Shown one piece after another: positions 40,227 to 51,078 of a stretch of DNA of 64,000 nt. Each line of letters opens with the position of its first letter. The stretch's first letter is position 1. The DNA comes from Eubacteriales bacterium. Lineage in GTDB: Bacteria > Bacillota > Clostridia > Oscillospirales > CAG-272. The translations under genes were made by a program, and so were the position numbers. The notes under the pieces were generated by a model. The model was not told the origin of the DNA, searched no databases, and was given only the letters and a program-made list of their open reading frames with translations. The DNA lies in the NCBI GenBank assembly GCA_045588245.1, contig JAZNDW010000001.1, positions 204,338-268,337 on the forward strand, written 5' to 3'.

Positions 40227-42629
40227 TTATTTCACAACGATATTGACGATTCTTCCGGGAACGTAAATTTCCTTAACGATCGTCTTGCCTTCGATCTGTG
40301 CGGACACTCTTTCGTCTGCCTTAGCCAAAGCGATAACATCGTCCTTGCCGGCATCCTTGGCTACAATAACGGTGCCGCGGAGCTTGCCGTTTACCTGAAG
40401 CGCGATCTCAACCGTTGCGTCAACGGTCTTTGCTTCGTCGTATTCGGGCCATTTTGCGAGAGATACGAGTCCGTCACCGCCGAGCTTTTCGTATATTTCC
40501 TCGGAAATATGAGGCGCAAACGGAGAGAGCAGCTTAACGAACGTGATAAGCTCGTCGCGCGTAAGCGTGCCCACTTCGTAGATCTCGTTGATGAGCGTCA
40601 TCATAGCGGCGATAGCGGTGTTGAACTTGAGCTCTTCGATGTCGGAGGAGACTTTCTTGATCGTCTTATGGAAGGACACCTCAAGCTTCGGTGTTACACC
40701 CTTACCCGAAACGAGCTCAACGAGTCCGCAAACTCTGTCAAGGAAGCGCTTCGCGCCCTTAACACCCGTTTCGCTCCAGGGAGATGCAACACCGTAGTCA
40801 CCCATAAAGCAAACGTAAGTACGGAGCGTGTCGGCACCGTATGCACGAACGACGTCGAGCGGATCAACGACGTTTCCGCGGGACTTGGACATCTTCTGTC
40901 CGTCAGGACCGAGTACGAGACCAACGGCGGTGCGCTTCATATACGGCTCGGAATACGGAACCATGCCGAGATCGTAAAGGAATTTATACCAGAAGCGGGA
41001 ATAGATCATGTGACGTGTTACGTGCTCCATGCCGCCGTTGTACCAGTCAACGGGCATCCAATAGCGGAGCGCCTCCATGCCTGCGAGTGCGCTTTCGTTC
41101 TTCGGATCGCAGTAACGGAGGAAATACCAGGAGCTGCCTGCCCACTGCGGCATCGTATCCGTTTCACGCTTTGCATCGGCGCCGCACTTCGGGCACTTGC
41201 AGTTGACGTAGCTTTCAACCTTGGCGAGCGGGCTTTCGCCGCCCTCGCCCGGCTCAAAGTTTTCAATGTCGGGCAAACGGAGCGGAAGCTCTTCGTACGG
41301 AACGGGAACCATTCCGCAATGCGGACAATGTACGATCGGGATAGGCTCTCCCCAATATCTCTGGCGGTTGAATGCCCAGTCCTTCATCTTGAACTGAACG
41401 GCTGCCTCGCCGAGTCCGCGCTCGGAGAGAACCTCGATAGCTTTCGCGATCGAATCCTTTTTGTTGTCGAAGCCGTTGAGGAAATCGGAGTTGACCATTT
41501 CACCGTCACCGGTGTATGCTGCCTCGGCGATGTTGCCGCCGCGGATAACTTCAATAATATCGATGCCGTACTTCTTCGCGAAGTCGTAGTCGCGCTCATC
41601 GTGTGCGGGAACAGCCATGATAGCACCCGTACCGTAGCCCATCATTACGTAGTCTGCGATGTAGATCGGGATCTGTTTGCCGTTCAGCGGATTGATGGCG
41701 GAAAGACCTTCGATGCGAACGCCCGTCTTATCCTTAACGAGCTGTGTGCGCTCAAATTCCGTCTTCTTCGAGCATTCCTCACGGTACGCAAGTACTGCGT
41801 CCATGTTGGAGATGCGGTCCGCGTACTTATCGATAGCGGGATGTTCCGGCGCAATTACCATGAACGTTACGCCGAAGAGCGTGTCGGGACGTGTTGTGTA
41901 TATACGGAGCTTATCGTCAACACCTGCGAGGTCGAAGTTGACGTATGCACCTGTGGATTTGCCGATCCAGTTGACCTGCTGCTGCTTGATGTTCGGCAGA
42001 TAGTCAACCTCTTCAAGACCCGAAAGAAGCTTGTCCGCATATTCGGTTATACGCAGATACCAAACCTCTTTCGATTTTTGAACGACGTCGCTGTGGCAGA
42101 TGTCACATTTTCCGCCCTGCGAGTCCTCGTTTGAGAGGACGACCTTACATGAGGGGCAATAGTTTACGAGCGTCTTATCGCGGAAAACGAGTCCGTTTTC
42201 GAACATCTTAAGGAAGATCCACTGCGTCCACTTATAGTAATCGTGATCCGTCGTGTCAACGACTCTCGACCAGTCAAAGCTGTAGCCGACGCTCTTCATC
42301 TGACGGGTAAAGTTTTCGATGTTCTTATCCGTTACGATACGCGGATGAGTTTTCGTTTTGATTGCGTAGTTTTCGGTATTAAGTCCGAAAGCATCAAAGC
42401 CGATCGGGAAAAGGACATTATAACCCTGCATACGGCGCTTGCGTGCAACCGCTTCCATGCTGATGTACGCCTTGATGTGACCGACGTGGAGTCCCGCTCC
42501 GCTCGGATACGGGAATTCGATCAGGCCGTAGAATTTCGGGAGCGAATAGTCCTCTTTCGCTTCAAATGCGCGAGCTTCGTCCCATCTGTCCTGCCATTTT
42601 TTGTCATTTACAGTAAAATCGTATTTCAT
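40227..42629 (-). CDS. leuS: leucine--tRNA ligase
   Basis: The HIGH-type motif is LHVGHI and the KMSKS motif is QKMSKSRGN. The product is 800 aa. Confidence 0.96.
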   Translation of the reverse strand: MKYDFTVNDKKWQDRWDEARAFEAKEDYSLPKFYGLIEFPYPSGAGLHVGHIKAYISMEAVARKRRMQGYNVLFPIGFDAFGLNTENYAIKTKTHPRIVTDKNIENFTRQMKSVGYSFDWSRVVDTTDHDYYKWTQWIFLKMFENGLVFRDKTLVNYCPSCKVVLSNEDSQGGKCDICHSDVVQKSKEVWYLRITEYADKLLSGLEEVDYLPNIKQQQVNWIGKSTGAYVNFDLAGVDDKLRIYTTRPDTLFGVTFMVIAPEHPAIDKYADRISNMDAVLAYREECSKKTEFERTQLVKDKTGVRIEGLSAINPLNGKQIPIYIADYVMMGYGTGAIMAVPAHDERDYDFAKKYGIDIIEVIRGGNIAEAAYTGDGEMVNSDFLNGFDNKKDSIAKAIEVLSERGLGEAAVQFKMKDWAFNRQRYWGEPIPIVHCPHCGMVPVPYEELPLRLPDIENFEPGEGGESPLAKVESYVNCKCPKCGADAKRETDTMPQWAGSSWYFLRYCDPKNESALAGMEALRYWMPVDWYNGGMEHVTRHMIYSRFWYKFLYDLGMVPYSEPYMKRTAVGLVLGPDGQKMSKSRGNVVDPLDVVRAYGADTLRTYVCFMGDYGVASPWSETGVKGAKRFLDRVCGLVELVSGKGVTPKLEVSFHKTIKKVSSDIEELKFNTAIAAMMTLINEIYEVGTLTRDELITFVKLLSPFAPHISEEIYEKLGGDGLVSLAKWPEYDEAKTVDATVEIALQVNGKLRGTVIVAKDAGKDDVIALAKADERVSAQIEGKTIVKEIYVPGRIVNIVVK

Positions 42630-42673
42630 AAATGCCTCAAAGCTAAAAAATTATAGTCGTTAGTTATTTTGTG

Positions 42674-43066
42674 TCAGCGATCTGTCAACGCATCGGAGAT
42701 ATCGACCTCGTCAGCATCGTCCCAAAGCTTTTCAAGTCTGTATAGATCTCTGTTTTCTTCAGTGAAAATGTGAACTATAACGGAATGATAGTCCATGCAG
42801 ATCCAGTTTGCGGAATCCTCACCCTCAATGTGACCGGGCTTCATTCCCGATTCACCGATGCGGTAATCAACTTCACCCGCAAGAGCTCTGATCTGCGTTG
42901 TGCTGTTACCTGTGCATATAACAAAGTAATCGGCGATGATGGTTTTTTCGGTGACGTGAAGAAGCTTGATGTTCTCTGCCATGCGGGCGTCGAGCACTTT
43001 TACGATTGATGTCGCAAGCTCTTCGGGTGTTCCGATCGGGTATATGACCTTTTCGTTGTTATCCAT
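42674..43066 (-). CDS. rsfS: ribosome silencing factor RsfS (iojap family)
   Basis: ADYFVICTG.S..Q..A and WICMDY..V.VHIF are present. Confidence 0.9.
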   Translation of the reverse strand: MDNNEKVIYPIGTPEELATSIVKVLDARMAENIKLLHVTEKTIIADYFVICTGNSTTQIRALAGEVDYRIGESGMKPGHIEGEDSANWICMDYHSVIVHIFTEENRDLYRLEKLWDDADEVDISDALTDR

Positions 43067-43096
43067 GATTATACCTCTTTTATTTTAATATTCATT

Positions 43097-44305
43097 TTAT
43101 TTCGTTGGGATATTTATTGAGTTTTCGTTGACGTCGCCTGCGTTATACACAGTGTATTCCGCCGTTCCGAGCGGCATATTATATATGTCCGCCACGGATT
43201 TTTCGTCCGACGTCATAACGCCGTACGGGTCAAAATCGTCTTTTTTGAACTCCGTTTCATACACATTAAGATACTTATTTATGATATCCGCCGTGTCCTC
43301 ACGGTACAAAACGTACACAGACGCTCCGTTTGCAGTTGCCGCGGCGCCCGGCAGCGTTACCATATAAACTTTAGACAGATCAACCGACAAAGCTGACTTA
43401 CCAAAGTAAACAAAGTCGGCAGCTCCTATCGTCGTTCTCATGTTCGTCATGATCTCTGCGGCAATATCAACGACCATAGATACGCTGAAATTGTTTTTCA
43501 CCTGCAGCAGCACCGCAGACATAAATATCTTCATCGCATCCTGACGGCCGATGTCCTGCTGAACGTAGCCCTTACGGTATCGCACGAACTGCATCGCTTT
43601 GTCGCCGTCGAGCCATTGCGGTCCTTTTTTCAAGTTGATATACAGGTCCTGCGCAGGATCGGAATACTCCATATCATAAGGCACGTCAATGTAAACACCT
43701 CCGATGATATCGATAATATTCACAAATCCGTCGATCCCGATCATTGCCGCATAGTTGATGCGGACGCCGAAATTCTTGCTTATCATTGAAGCCAGATTTG
43801 AAAGCGCCGCCATTTCGGGATCGTCCGATCCCGCCTTTTTTGCACGGTTATAGTAAGCCGCGTACGATGCGTTGATCTTTGAAGAGTTGATATTATCAAC
43901 GGTGATGTACGTGTCGCGAGGAATCTGCACCACGCCGATAGTATTGCCATTCACATCGTATGAAATAAGCATCATTATATCTGTGCTTCGCGAAACCTTA
44001 TCGCAGCCGACGACAAGAAAGTTATAAACTCCCTGCCGCTGTTTCTTTCCGGCTCCCGACTCGTCAAGAACGGGCATTCCGTTAACGTCGGTATCGTCAC
44101 CGAACGGATCGTTGTCGGTATCGGGGGTATAAAACACCAAAAATCCGCCAACAACAACGATCGCCAGGAAAACAAGCACAAGAAGCATTATCAGGAATTT
44201 ATCGAGCCCGGACAGCTTGCTTTTTTTCGTTTTTTTTACAGTTGAGGCATTCCCCGACGGCATTTTGTTCCGTTCGGGTTGATGCCTGTAATTATTATTC
44301 TGCAT
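43097..44305 (-). CDS. LytR-CpsA-Psr (LCP) family cell-wall glycopolymer transferase
   Basis: It has an N-terminal TM helix and the LCP core VVGCDKVSRSTDIMMLISYD...IPRDTY. The start is somewhat uncertain: Met at 44305 or Met at 44263. Confidence 0.85.
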   Translation of the reverse strand: MQNNNYRHQPERNKMPSGNASTVKKTKKSKLSGLDKFLIMLLVLVFLAIVVVGGFLVFYTPDTDNDPFGDDTDVNGMPVLDESGAGKKQRQGVYNFLVVGCDKVSRSTDIMMLISYDVNGNTIGVVQIPRDTYITVDNINSSKINASYAAYYNRAKKAGSDDPEMAALSNLASMISKNFGVRINYAAMIGIDGFVNIIDIIGGVYIDVPYDMEYSDPAQDLYINLKKGPQWLDGDKAMQFVRYRKGYVQQDIGRQDAMKIFMSAVLLQVKNNFSVSMVVDIAAEIMTNMRTTIGAADFVYFGKSALSVDLSKVYMVTLPGAAATANGASVYVLYREDTADIINKYLNVYETEFKKDDFDPYGVMTSDEKSVADIYNMPLGTAEYTVYNAGDVNENSINIPTK

Positions 44306-44338
44306 TAATTTACAAATGTCCCTTCCCGTATATAAAGC

Positions 44339-44983
44339 CTATCGGCGGAGCGCACCGCCGTTTTTCAGGTATTGGGCGGCTTTCGCCGTATCGGGGTCAA
44401 GCATCTTGTGAGTCGATTCTATGTGCTGCAGCGTGTCGCAGAGCGACATATACACAGCTTTCGTTAAAACCGCCGTCGCTTCGTCTATGGTTTTTGCATT
44501 TATTATGTGCGAATGGAAATATTCCCGGCATCGGCGACAGCTTTCATACTTACGTGTCGGCTCTATATAATCGGCGATAAAAATGATCGCTTCAAAAACC
44601 GTCATCTCCGCTCGTCCCGTCGTATGATAACGAACGGCAGAGAGTATATCATCGTCAATATATTCGGAAAAATGCTCCGATATTACAGCCGGAGCCGCAA
44701 GCGCATGAAGCACGGGCTCGGGATAATCTTCTATATCTCCGAACATTATATCAAAATCACGTATATAATTCAACTGCTTTTCGGAAGTTAATTCCTTTGC
44801 AATATCGTGAAGCAGGGCGGCTGCCCGAATACTCCCAACTCTACCCGGCAAAACGTGCGACGCAATAAACGCCGCTTCCACCTCGACCGCAAGCGTGTGG
44901 GCGTATCTTTTCTCCGACAGATACGGACGCACCTTCTCCCGCAGAATCATAAGCTCTGCGGCTGTGGGTTCATTTTTTCGCAT
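44339..44983 (-). CDS. yqeK: HD-domain bis(5'-nucleosyl)-tetraphosphatase YqeK
   Basis: RYAHTLAV and LLHDIAKE are HD motifs. The start, at ATG 44983, overlaps the nadD end by 14 nt. Confidence 0.88.
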   Translation of the reverse strand: MRKNEPTAAELMILREKVRPYLSEKRYAHTLAVEVEAAFIASHVLPGRVGSIRAAALLHDIAKELTSEKQLNYIRDFDIMFGDIEDYPEPVLHALAAPAVISEHFSEYIDDDILSAVRYHTTGRAEMTVFEAIIFIADYIEPTRKYESCRRCREYFHSHIINAKTIDEATAVLTKAVYMSLCDTLQHIESTHKMLDPDTAKAAQYLKNGGALRR

Positions 44984-45599
44984 ACAGTCCCGCCTTTTCG
45001 ATATAATCACGCACCGACGGATCAACGTAATCCGAAACGTCACCGCCGTCAGCAATCATCGTTCTTATATCCGACGACGATATCATAAACGGTTCAATAC
45101 GGAGCGGCGAAGCTTCAGCTCCGTAACGCTCGGCGTAGAATTTCGCACGAAGCGAAAGCTTTTCGTCATCGGCAGCAATACCGCGCGGTGCGTAAACAAT
45201 GTCTGATATTCGGAATATTTCCTCTGCATGATACCATGTATCGAGCGACAAAAACATATCCGCACCGCACAAAAGCCTGATCTTTCCTTCGTCGGGTGTC
45301 ATCCCGTAAAGCTCATAAAGTGCAAGAAGCGTATCGACCGTATAGCTCGGTCCGACTCTGTCAAGTTCAAGACGCGACACGACAGCACCATTCACGTCAG
45401 CAAAAGCCAGCGATGCCATATCAAGCCTTTTTTGCGGATCATCGTCTGCAGATACCCGTTTGTGCGGCGGTATGTTCGCAGGCATGATGAGCAGTAGATC
45501 AAGTCCGAACTGTGCCATAAACGCTTCAGCTATTCTTTTATGGCCTATGTGGGGCGGCGAAAACGTGCCGCCGTAAAGCCCCAGATTTAGTTGCGGCAT
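44970..45599 (-). CDS. nadD: nicotinate-nucleotide adenylyltransferase
   Basis: GGTFSPPHIGH is the (H/T)xGH motif. Confidence 0.93.
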   Translation of the reverse strand: MPQLNLGLYGGTFSPPHIGHKRIAEAFMAQFGLDLLLIMPANIPPHKRVSADDDPQKRLDMASLAFADVNGAVVSRLELDRVGPSYTVDTLLALYELYGMTPDEGKIRLLCGADMFLSLDTWYHAEEIFRISDIVYAPRGIAADDEKLSLRAKFYAERYGAEASPLRIEPFMISSSDIRTMIADGGDVSDYVDPSVRDYIEKAGLYAKK

Positions 45600-45602
45600 A
45601 GC

Positions 45603-45899
45603 TTAAAGTATGATTTTTTTATTCTTTTTGCTGGGACGGTACAAAACGAAACGCGAACCGACGACCGAAACGGACGCGGAATTCGTGCGTTCTGCGATGA
45701 TCTCCGCGGCTTCGCGGCTCGTGTAAGGGCAGTTATCGAGAACGCGGAGCTTTATTAGCTCGCGCGCTTCGAGCGCGTTACCGACCTGACGGACCGTTTC
45801 GTCGGAGATGCCGTCCTTACCGATTTGAAAGATCGTATCGTAATCGTTTGCCATTGAGCGAAGAGTCGCTCTTTGTTTGCTCGTTATTTCAAGTTTCAT
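45603..45899 (-). CDS. yhbY: CRM-domain RNA-binding ribosome assembly protein YhbY
   Basis: LRS.A......FQIGK.G......Q......ELIK is the YhbY/CRS1 pattern. The product is 98 aa. Confidence 0.88.
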   Translation of the reverse strand: MKLEITSKQRATLRSMANDYDTIFQIGKDGISDETVRQVGNALEARELIKLRVLDNCPYTSREAAEIIAERTNSASVSVVGSRFVLYRPSKKNKKIIL

Positions 45900-46507
45900 T
45901 TGTCTGTTTCCTCAATGATGGGTTTAATTTTCTTTGCAAAATCATATAGAGCGTTTCCTCTGTGGCTGACTTTATCCTTTTCCTCCGCCGTGATCTGTGC
46001 CATCGTCCGTCCGTAACATTCGATGAAAAACAAAGGATCGTATCCAAAACCGCCGTCACCGACGCGCTCACGCATAATGATACCTTCGCATTCGCCGTAA
46101 CAAACGATCGGTTCAATTCCGTATTCTTCGGGGAATACGCAAGCGACAGCGCAAGCATAGTGCGCGCCGCGCTCACCGTCGGGCGTGTTGCGAAGCTCGT
46201 ATAAAAGCTTATCGTTATTGGCTTCGTCTCCCTCGCCTGACCAACGTGCAGAATATACACCGGGAGCACCGCCGAGTGCATCTACGCAAAGCCCCGAATC
46301 GTCCGCAATACCAACGTAACCGAGAGACGCAGGCACACTTGCTTTGATCAGCGCGTTTGCCTCAAAAGTGTCACCGTCCTCTACGATGTCGTCTGTATAT
46401 CCGATCTCGGAAAGCGTCAACAGCTCCGAGGTGGGGGAAATCTCCTCAATAATGCGGCGAAGCTCCGCTATTTTCTTTTTATTGTTGCTTGCAAGTACAA
46501 ATTTCAT
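45896..46507 (-). CDS. rdgB: non-canonical purine NTP pyrophosphatase (RdgB/HAM1)
   Basis: ASNNKKK...E.G.TF..NA..KA and GFGYDP.F are present. Confidence 0.92.
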   Translation of the reverse strand: MKFVLASNNKKKIAELRRIIEEISPTSELLTLSEIGYTDDIVEDGDTFEANALIKASVPASLGYVGIADDSGLCVDALGGAPGVYSARWSGEGDEANNDKLLYELRNTPDGERGAHYACAVACVFPEEYGIEPIVCYGECEGIIMRERVGDGGFGYDPLFFIECYGRTMAQITAEEKDKVSHRGNALYDFAKKIKPIIEETDK

Positions 46508-46525
46508 GTTGGTTTTTACCGATTT

Positions 46526-47431
46526 TTATTCAAACAGCGCGCGTACGAAATCTTCGCACACGAAAGGCTCCATATCGTCGATTCCCTCGCCGACACCGAT
46601 ATATTTGACGGGAATGGCAAGCTCGTTTTTGATCGAGATAACGACGCCGCCCTTGGCGGTTCCGTCAAGCTTCGTTAAAACAAGTCCCGTGATGTTTGCC
46701 GCATTTTTGAATTCCTTAGCCTGCATAACTGCGTTCTGTCCCGTCGTAGCGTCGAGCACAAGAAGCGTTTCTCGGGAGCTGTCGGGCAGCTCGCGAGAGA
46801 GGACGCGGTTGATCTTTGCAAGCTCGTCCATAAGATTTTTCTTGTTGTGAAGTCTGCCCGCCGTATCGACGATAAGTACGTCCGCCCCCCGCTTTCTTGC
46901 CGCGGCTGCCGCGTCGAAAACGACAGCGGCGGGGTCACCGCCCTCGTTCTGTCTAATCAGAGTTGCACCCGAGCGTTCACACCATACCGCAAGCTGGTCG
47001 ATCGCGGCGGCACGGAAGGTGTCCGCGGCGGCAACGACTACACTTTTCCCCTCACGGATGAGGCTTGCCGATATCTTGCCGATCGACGTCGTCTTACCGA
47101 CGCCGTTGACACCGATCACAAGCACAACGGCAGGCTTATTTTGCAGATCGAGCGTGCCGCCCTCTCCAATCATATTTTCTATGATCTCTCGGAGTGCCGC
47201 CTTTGCTTCGGTCGCTTCTGTGAGGCGCTGCTCCTTGATGCGTGTCCGCAACTGATCGAGAATATCCATCGTCGTGTCGACGCCGACGTCTGCCGTAATA
47301 AGAGTTTCCTCTAGCTCGTCGAGCATATCCTCGTCTATTTTTACGAAGCTTTGCATAACGGCATCGATGCGCCCCATGAGTGCAGACTTCGTCTTTTGCA
47401 TGCTTCCCTTGAGTTTTTCAAAAAATCCCAT
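46526..47431 (-). CDS. ftsY: signal recognition particle receptor FtsY (short form)
   Basis: The NG domain carries GVNGVGKTT, DTAGR and TKLDG. Confidence 0.95.
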   Translation of the reverse strand: MGFFEKLKGSMQKTKSALMGRIDAVMQSFVKIDEDMLDELEETLITADVGVDTTMDILDQLRTRIKEQRLTEATEAKAALREIIENMIGEGGTLDLQNKPAVVLVIGVNGVGKTTSIGKISASLIREGKSVVVAAADTFRAAAIDQLAVWCERSGATLIRQNEGGDPAAVVFDAAAAARKRGADVLIVDTAGRLHNKKNLMDELAKINRVLSRELPDSSRETLLVLDATTGQNAVMQAKEFKNAANITGLVLTKLDGTAKGGVVISIKNELAIPVKYIGVGEGIDDMEPFVCEDFVRALFE

Positions 47432-47451
47432 ATTTTCCTCGTAATTAAAGG

Positions 47452-50400
47452 TTATTTTGCGCCGTCAGAGGCGTATTTCGCTTTGGTTTCCATGTCATTC
47501 GTATCGAGCATCAGAACACGTGAAATACCGTGCTTTGGCATAGTGATGCCGTAAAGCGAATCGGCAGTCTCCATCGTTCCGCGTCTGTGAGTTACGATAA
47601 CAAACTGCATATCGTCAGAATAGCGTTTAACGTAATTTGCGAATCTGTCAACGTTGACTTCGTCAAGCGCCGATTCGATCTCGTCGAAAATGCAGAAGGG
47701 TGTGGGGTTGACGTGTATCATCGCAAAAAGAAGCGCAATGGCAACGAACGCCTGCTCACCGCCCGAAAGCAGCGATAGATTTTTTATCACTTTTCCGGGA
47801 GGCGCCGCCTTGATCTCGATTCCGCTTGACAGAACGTCCGTCGGATCGGAAAGATATATTTCTGCGTTACCGCCGCCGAAGAGCTCGCGGAACACCTCGC
47901 CAAAGCGGGAATTGATGCGCGTGAATGCATCAACAAAGCTCTTTTCCATGTCGTTGTTAAGATCGTTGATGACCGCCGTCAAATTGTCCTTTGCAACACG
48001 GAGGTCCTCCATCTGACGCGACAGATAAAGATATTTTTCGTTGACTTCCTTAAATTCTTCGATAGCGTTTACATTTACGGAGCCGAGCGAGCGGATCTTA
48101 TTTTTACATTCTGTAAGAGTTTTGCTGACCTCGGTGCGATTTTCGGACGTCACCTCGGGATAATCAAGCTCGGCTGCCGCCGAGAATGTGAGCGAATATT
48201 CGTCCCAAAGATAAGCGATCAGCTTATCGATCTGCTCGGCGAGGTTCGTTTTACGCTGTTCGTTTTTCATGTGAACGCGAACGATATTTTCCTTTTCGTC
48301 GGTCTTTTCGCGTATCTTACGTCGCAGTTCGATCTGACGCTGTTCAAATTCCATACCGCCCGATTCAAGCTTTTCGCGTTCATCTTCGACGGTACGCAGG
48401 CTGATCTCCGTTTCGGCGAAAAGCTTACGGTTTTCCGCCTGCTTTTCGGTTGAAAGACGTGTGTCCTCCGTAAGCTCGGCGGCGCGTCGTTCGTAAACGA
48501 CACGTTGCTCGTCAAGCTCCGCGAGTCTGCGCGTTTTTTCACCGCGCAGAAGCTCTTCCGCTTCGATTCTGTTTTCGATTCTCGCTACGGACAGCATCGC
48601 TTCCGTGAGCACCGATGCGGCGTTCGCGCGCGCATCGTCAGCCTCGTGACGGAGCACGTCGAGCTCTTCGCGCTCTCTTTTCACTTTTTCGGCATTTGCC
48701 TCAGCATCCGCGAGTTTTTCGCTCAACGACACAAGATCCGTTTCATACTGGCTCTTCTGCTCCAGGCGCAACTCATAGTCGGTGCGAAGCTGATTGATGA
48801 GCGTTTCTGTAGCATCAAGCTGTGCTTTATACGTGTCGCGCGCCGACATTGCCGCGCGCATCATAGCGTCCATCATATCACGGCGGCTGACCTCGTCAGC
48901 CTTTTTCGAAAGCGACGCGGCGCGTTTTTTCGACGCATCAACGATCTTAGCGTCAAGATTTTCCATCTCACGCGCACGGAGCGAACGCTCTGCGCGCAAA
49001 GATTTGATCTCGCCCGCTCTTGTGAGCATACCGCTTTCGCGCTTCGCAGAACCTCCCGTGAACGAACCGCCTGCGTTGATCTGCTGTCCGTCAAGTGTGA
49101 CGGCACGGATCTTATATCCCGACGCTTTCGCCGCTAAAGCGGCATTATCAAGGTTATCGAAAACGCAAACTCTTCCGAGCAGATACTTGACGATCTCTGC
49201 GTATTTTACGTCGTATTCCGTTAACTCGGAAGCAATTCCGATAAAGCCGTTTTTGTTTTGTGCTTCTTTCACCTCACGTCCGGGCTCCTGAGCACGGACG
49301 GCTGTGAGAGGATAGAACGTAGAGCGTCCCGCACCTGCCGCTTTTAAGCTTCTGATCGCGGATTTTGCCGTTTCTTCATCCTCAACTACTATGTTCTGTA
49401 GATTTGCACCGAGTGCCGTTTCGATCGCCGTGACGTATTCGTTCGCAACGGAAATAATATGCGAAACAGGTCCGTAGACCTTGCCCTTTATTTCTCCGCG
49501 GGACGCTGAGTCCATAACGAATTTTACGCTCTTTCCGTATCCCTCGAAGTTTTCTTCAAGTCTGACAAGAGCATCTATTCTTCTGTCGAGCGATTCCAAA
49601 GAAGCCGACGCGACGTTGCGATGTTCACGAAGTGTGTCGAGCTGTTCGTCTATCTTTGTCACATCACCGTCAAGCTCTGCTATTGCCACGTCAGCGGCCT
49701 CGATACCTGCGGAAAAATCGTTTACGTTACGTTCTTCGGCAGCGGCTTTTTGGCTGTATCCTCGAGACGCACGAGCATATTTTTCGATCTCATCGGATAC
49801 CGCTACGTTCTTTTCGTCACCGCTTTTCATCGAATCGCGGAGCACGTTCAGTCGCACGCGATAGTCAACGATCTCCTCCTCGCAAGCTTTCAGGTAGCCA
49901 AAACGCTCCTCAAGCTCAGCTGTGATCTGCGACAGCTTCGCTTCAGCCGCACTCAATGCCTCTTTCTTTTCGGACAGTGCCGCTTCTTCATTGAACAGCT
50001 CGCGGCGCAGTTCTTCGATACGGCTTGCAACGTCGGTTTCTTCGTCACGCGCAGATACTATCTGCTGCTCGGTTTTCGCTATATTTTCCTTACATTCTTC
50101 AATTTGAGATAAACTGTGGTAGCAGTCCGTTTCAAGTGCGCGGAATTCGCTTTCAAGGCGCGTTCTTTCCGTTGTGAGTTCGCGTATACGTGTGTACGCA
50201 CGCTCGGATGAGAGCTTATTGCTTTGCGATGCCTCGGAAAGACGTTCGCTTTGTGCTTCAAGCCCGTCAACGGTATCCTCGATCATTTCAAGCTCGTGCG
50301 TTGAAAGAATGAAATCGTTCTCCGCTTCCTTCAGCTCAACTCTGATACGTCTGCTGTCGTAAACGGTGAGAGCAATATCCGCCGAACGCTTGCGTTCATA

Positions 50401-51060
50401 AAGCTCAAGGTATTTTTTCGCCTTTTCCGCCTCTTTTTCAAGCGGCCCCACACGTCCTTCTATCTCGGACAAAATGTCGTTTGCGCGAAGCATATTATCC
50501 TCGGCATTAGCGAGCTGACGCTCAGCTTCATGCCGTTTGTGACGGTATTTAGAAATACCCGCCGCTTCTTCAAAAACGGTACGTCTGTCCTCGCTCTTGC
50601 GCGACAGTATCTCCGCAATCTTTCCCTGTCCAACAATTGAATATCCCTCGCGTCCGATACCCGTATTCATGAAAAGCTCGTGAATATCACGCAGACGGCA
50701 AGGACGGCGGTTGATAAAATATTCGCTGTCTCCCGCTTTATAATAACGGCGCGTTACCGTGACCTCATCGTAAGGCACATTGAGCTTGCCGCCCTTTTCG
50801 GTGTTTTCAAACGTCACCGATACTTCGGCGTATCCCATTGGATTGCGTCCGTCCGCACCTGCGAAAACGACGTCTTCCATCTTCGTGCCGCGTATGTTCT
50901 TGCTTGAAATTTCGCCGAGTACCCAACGCATCGCGTCTGTGATGTTGGATTTTCCGCTTCCGTTCGGTCCCACGATAACGGTAGAGCCGTGGTCAAATTC
51001 GATTTTCGTTTTGTCGGGGAACGATTTGAACCCCTGCATTTCCAGTGATTTTAAGTACAC
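47452..51060 (-). CDS. smc: chromosome segregation protein SMC
   Basis: It has the N-terminal Walker A GPNGSGKSN, long coiled coils, a hinge, the C-terminal signature LSGGE and Walker B FCIFDE. The product is 1202 aa. Confidence 0.96.
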   Translation of the reverse strand: MYLKSLEMQGFKSFPDKTKIEFDHGSTVIVGPNGSGKSNITDAMRWVLGEISSKNIRGTKMEDVVFAGADGRNPMGYAEVSVTFENTEKGGKLNVPYDEVTVTRRYYKAGDSEYFINRRPCRLRDIHELFMNTGIGREGYSIVGQGKIAEILSRKSEDRRTVFEEAAGISKYRHKRHEAERQLANAEDNMLRANDILSEIEGRVGPLEKEAEKAKKYLELYERKRSADIALTVYDSRRIRVELKEAENDFILSTHELEMIEDTVDGLEAQSERLSEASQSNKLSSERAYTRIRELTTERTRLESEFRALETDCYHSLSQIEECKENIAKTEQQIVSARDEETDVASRIEELRRELFNEEAALSEKKEALSAAEAKLSQITAELEERFGYLKACEEEIVDYRVRLNVLRDSMKSGDEKNVAVSDEIEKYARASRGYSQKAAAEERNVNDFSAGIEAADVAIAELDGDVTKIDEQLDTLREHRNVASASLESLDRRIDALVRLEENFEGYGKSVKFVMDSASRGEIKGKVYGPVSHIISVANEYVTAIETALGANLQNIVVEDEETAKSAIRSLKAAGAGRSTFYPLTAVRAQEPGREVKEAQNKNGFIGIASELTEYDVKYAEIVKYLLGRVCVFDNLDNAALAAKASGYKIRAVTLDGQQINAGGSFTGGSAKRESGMLTRAGEIKSLRAERSLRAREMENLDAKIVDASKKRAASLSKKADEVSRRDMMDAMMRAAMSARDTYKAQLDATETLINQLRTDYELRLEQKSQYETDLVSLSEKLADAEANAEKVKREREELDVLRHEADDARANAASVLTEAMLSVARIENRIEAEELLRGEKTRRLAELDEQRVVYERRAAELTEDTRLSTEKQAENRKLFAETEISLRTVEDEREKLESGGMEFEQRQIELRRKIREKTDEKENIVRVHMKNEQRKTNLAEQIDKLIAYLWDEYSLTFSAAAELDYPEVTSENRTEVSKTLTECKNKIRSLGSVNVNAIEEFKEVNEKYLYLSRQMEDLRVAKDNLTAVINDLNNDMEKSFVDAFTRINSRFGEVFRELFGGGNAEIYLSDPTDVLSSGIEIKAAPPGKVIKNLSLLSGGEQAFVAIALLFAMIHVNPTPFCIFDEIESALDEVNVDRFANYVKRYSDDMQFVIVTHRRGTMETADSLYGITMPKHGISRVLMLDTNDMETKAKYASDGAK

Positions 51061-51078
51061 TTTGTTCTCCCTTGTCGG

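Noticed and set aside
40215-42134. 639-aa plus-strand ORF
   Set aside because: It is a codon-registered antisense shadow of leuS, which carries unmistakable HIGH and KMSKS motifs. There is no independent coding evidence.
42630-42673. Expected T-box leader upstream of leuS
   Set aside because: Only 44 nt separate leuS from rsfS, too short for a T-box. leuS appears to be co-transcribed with the upstream genes.
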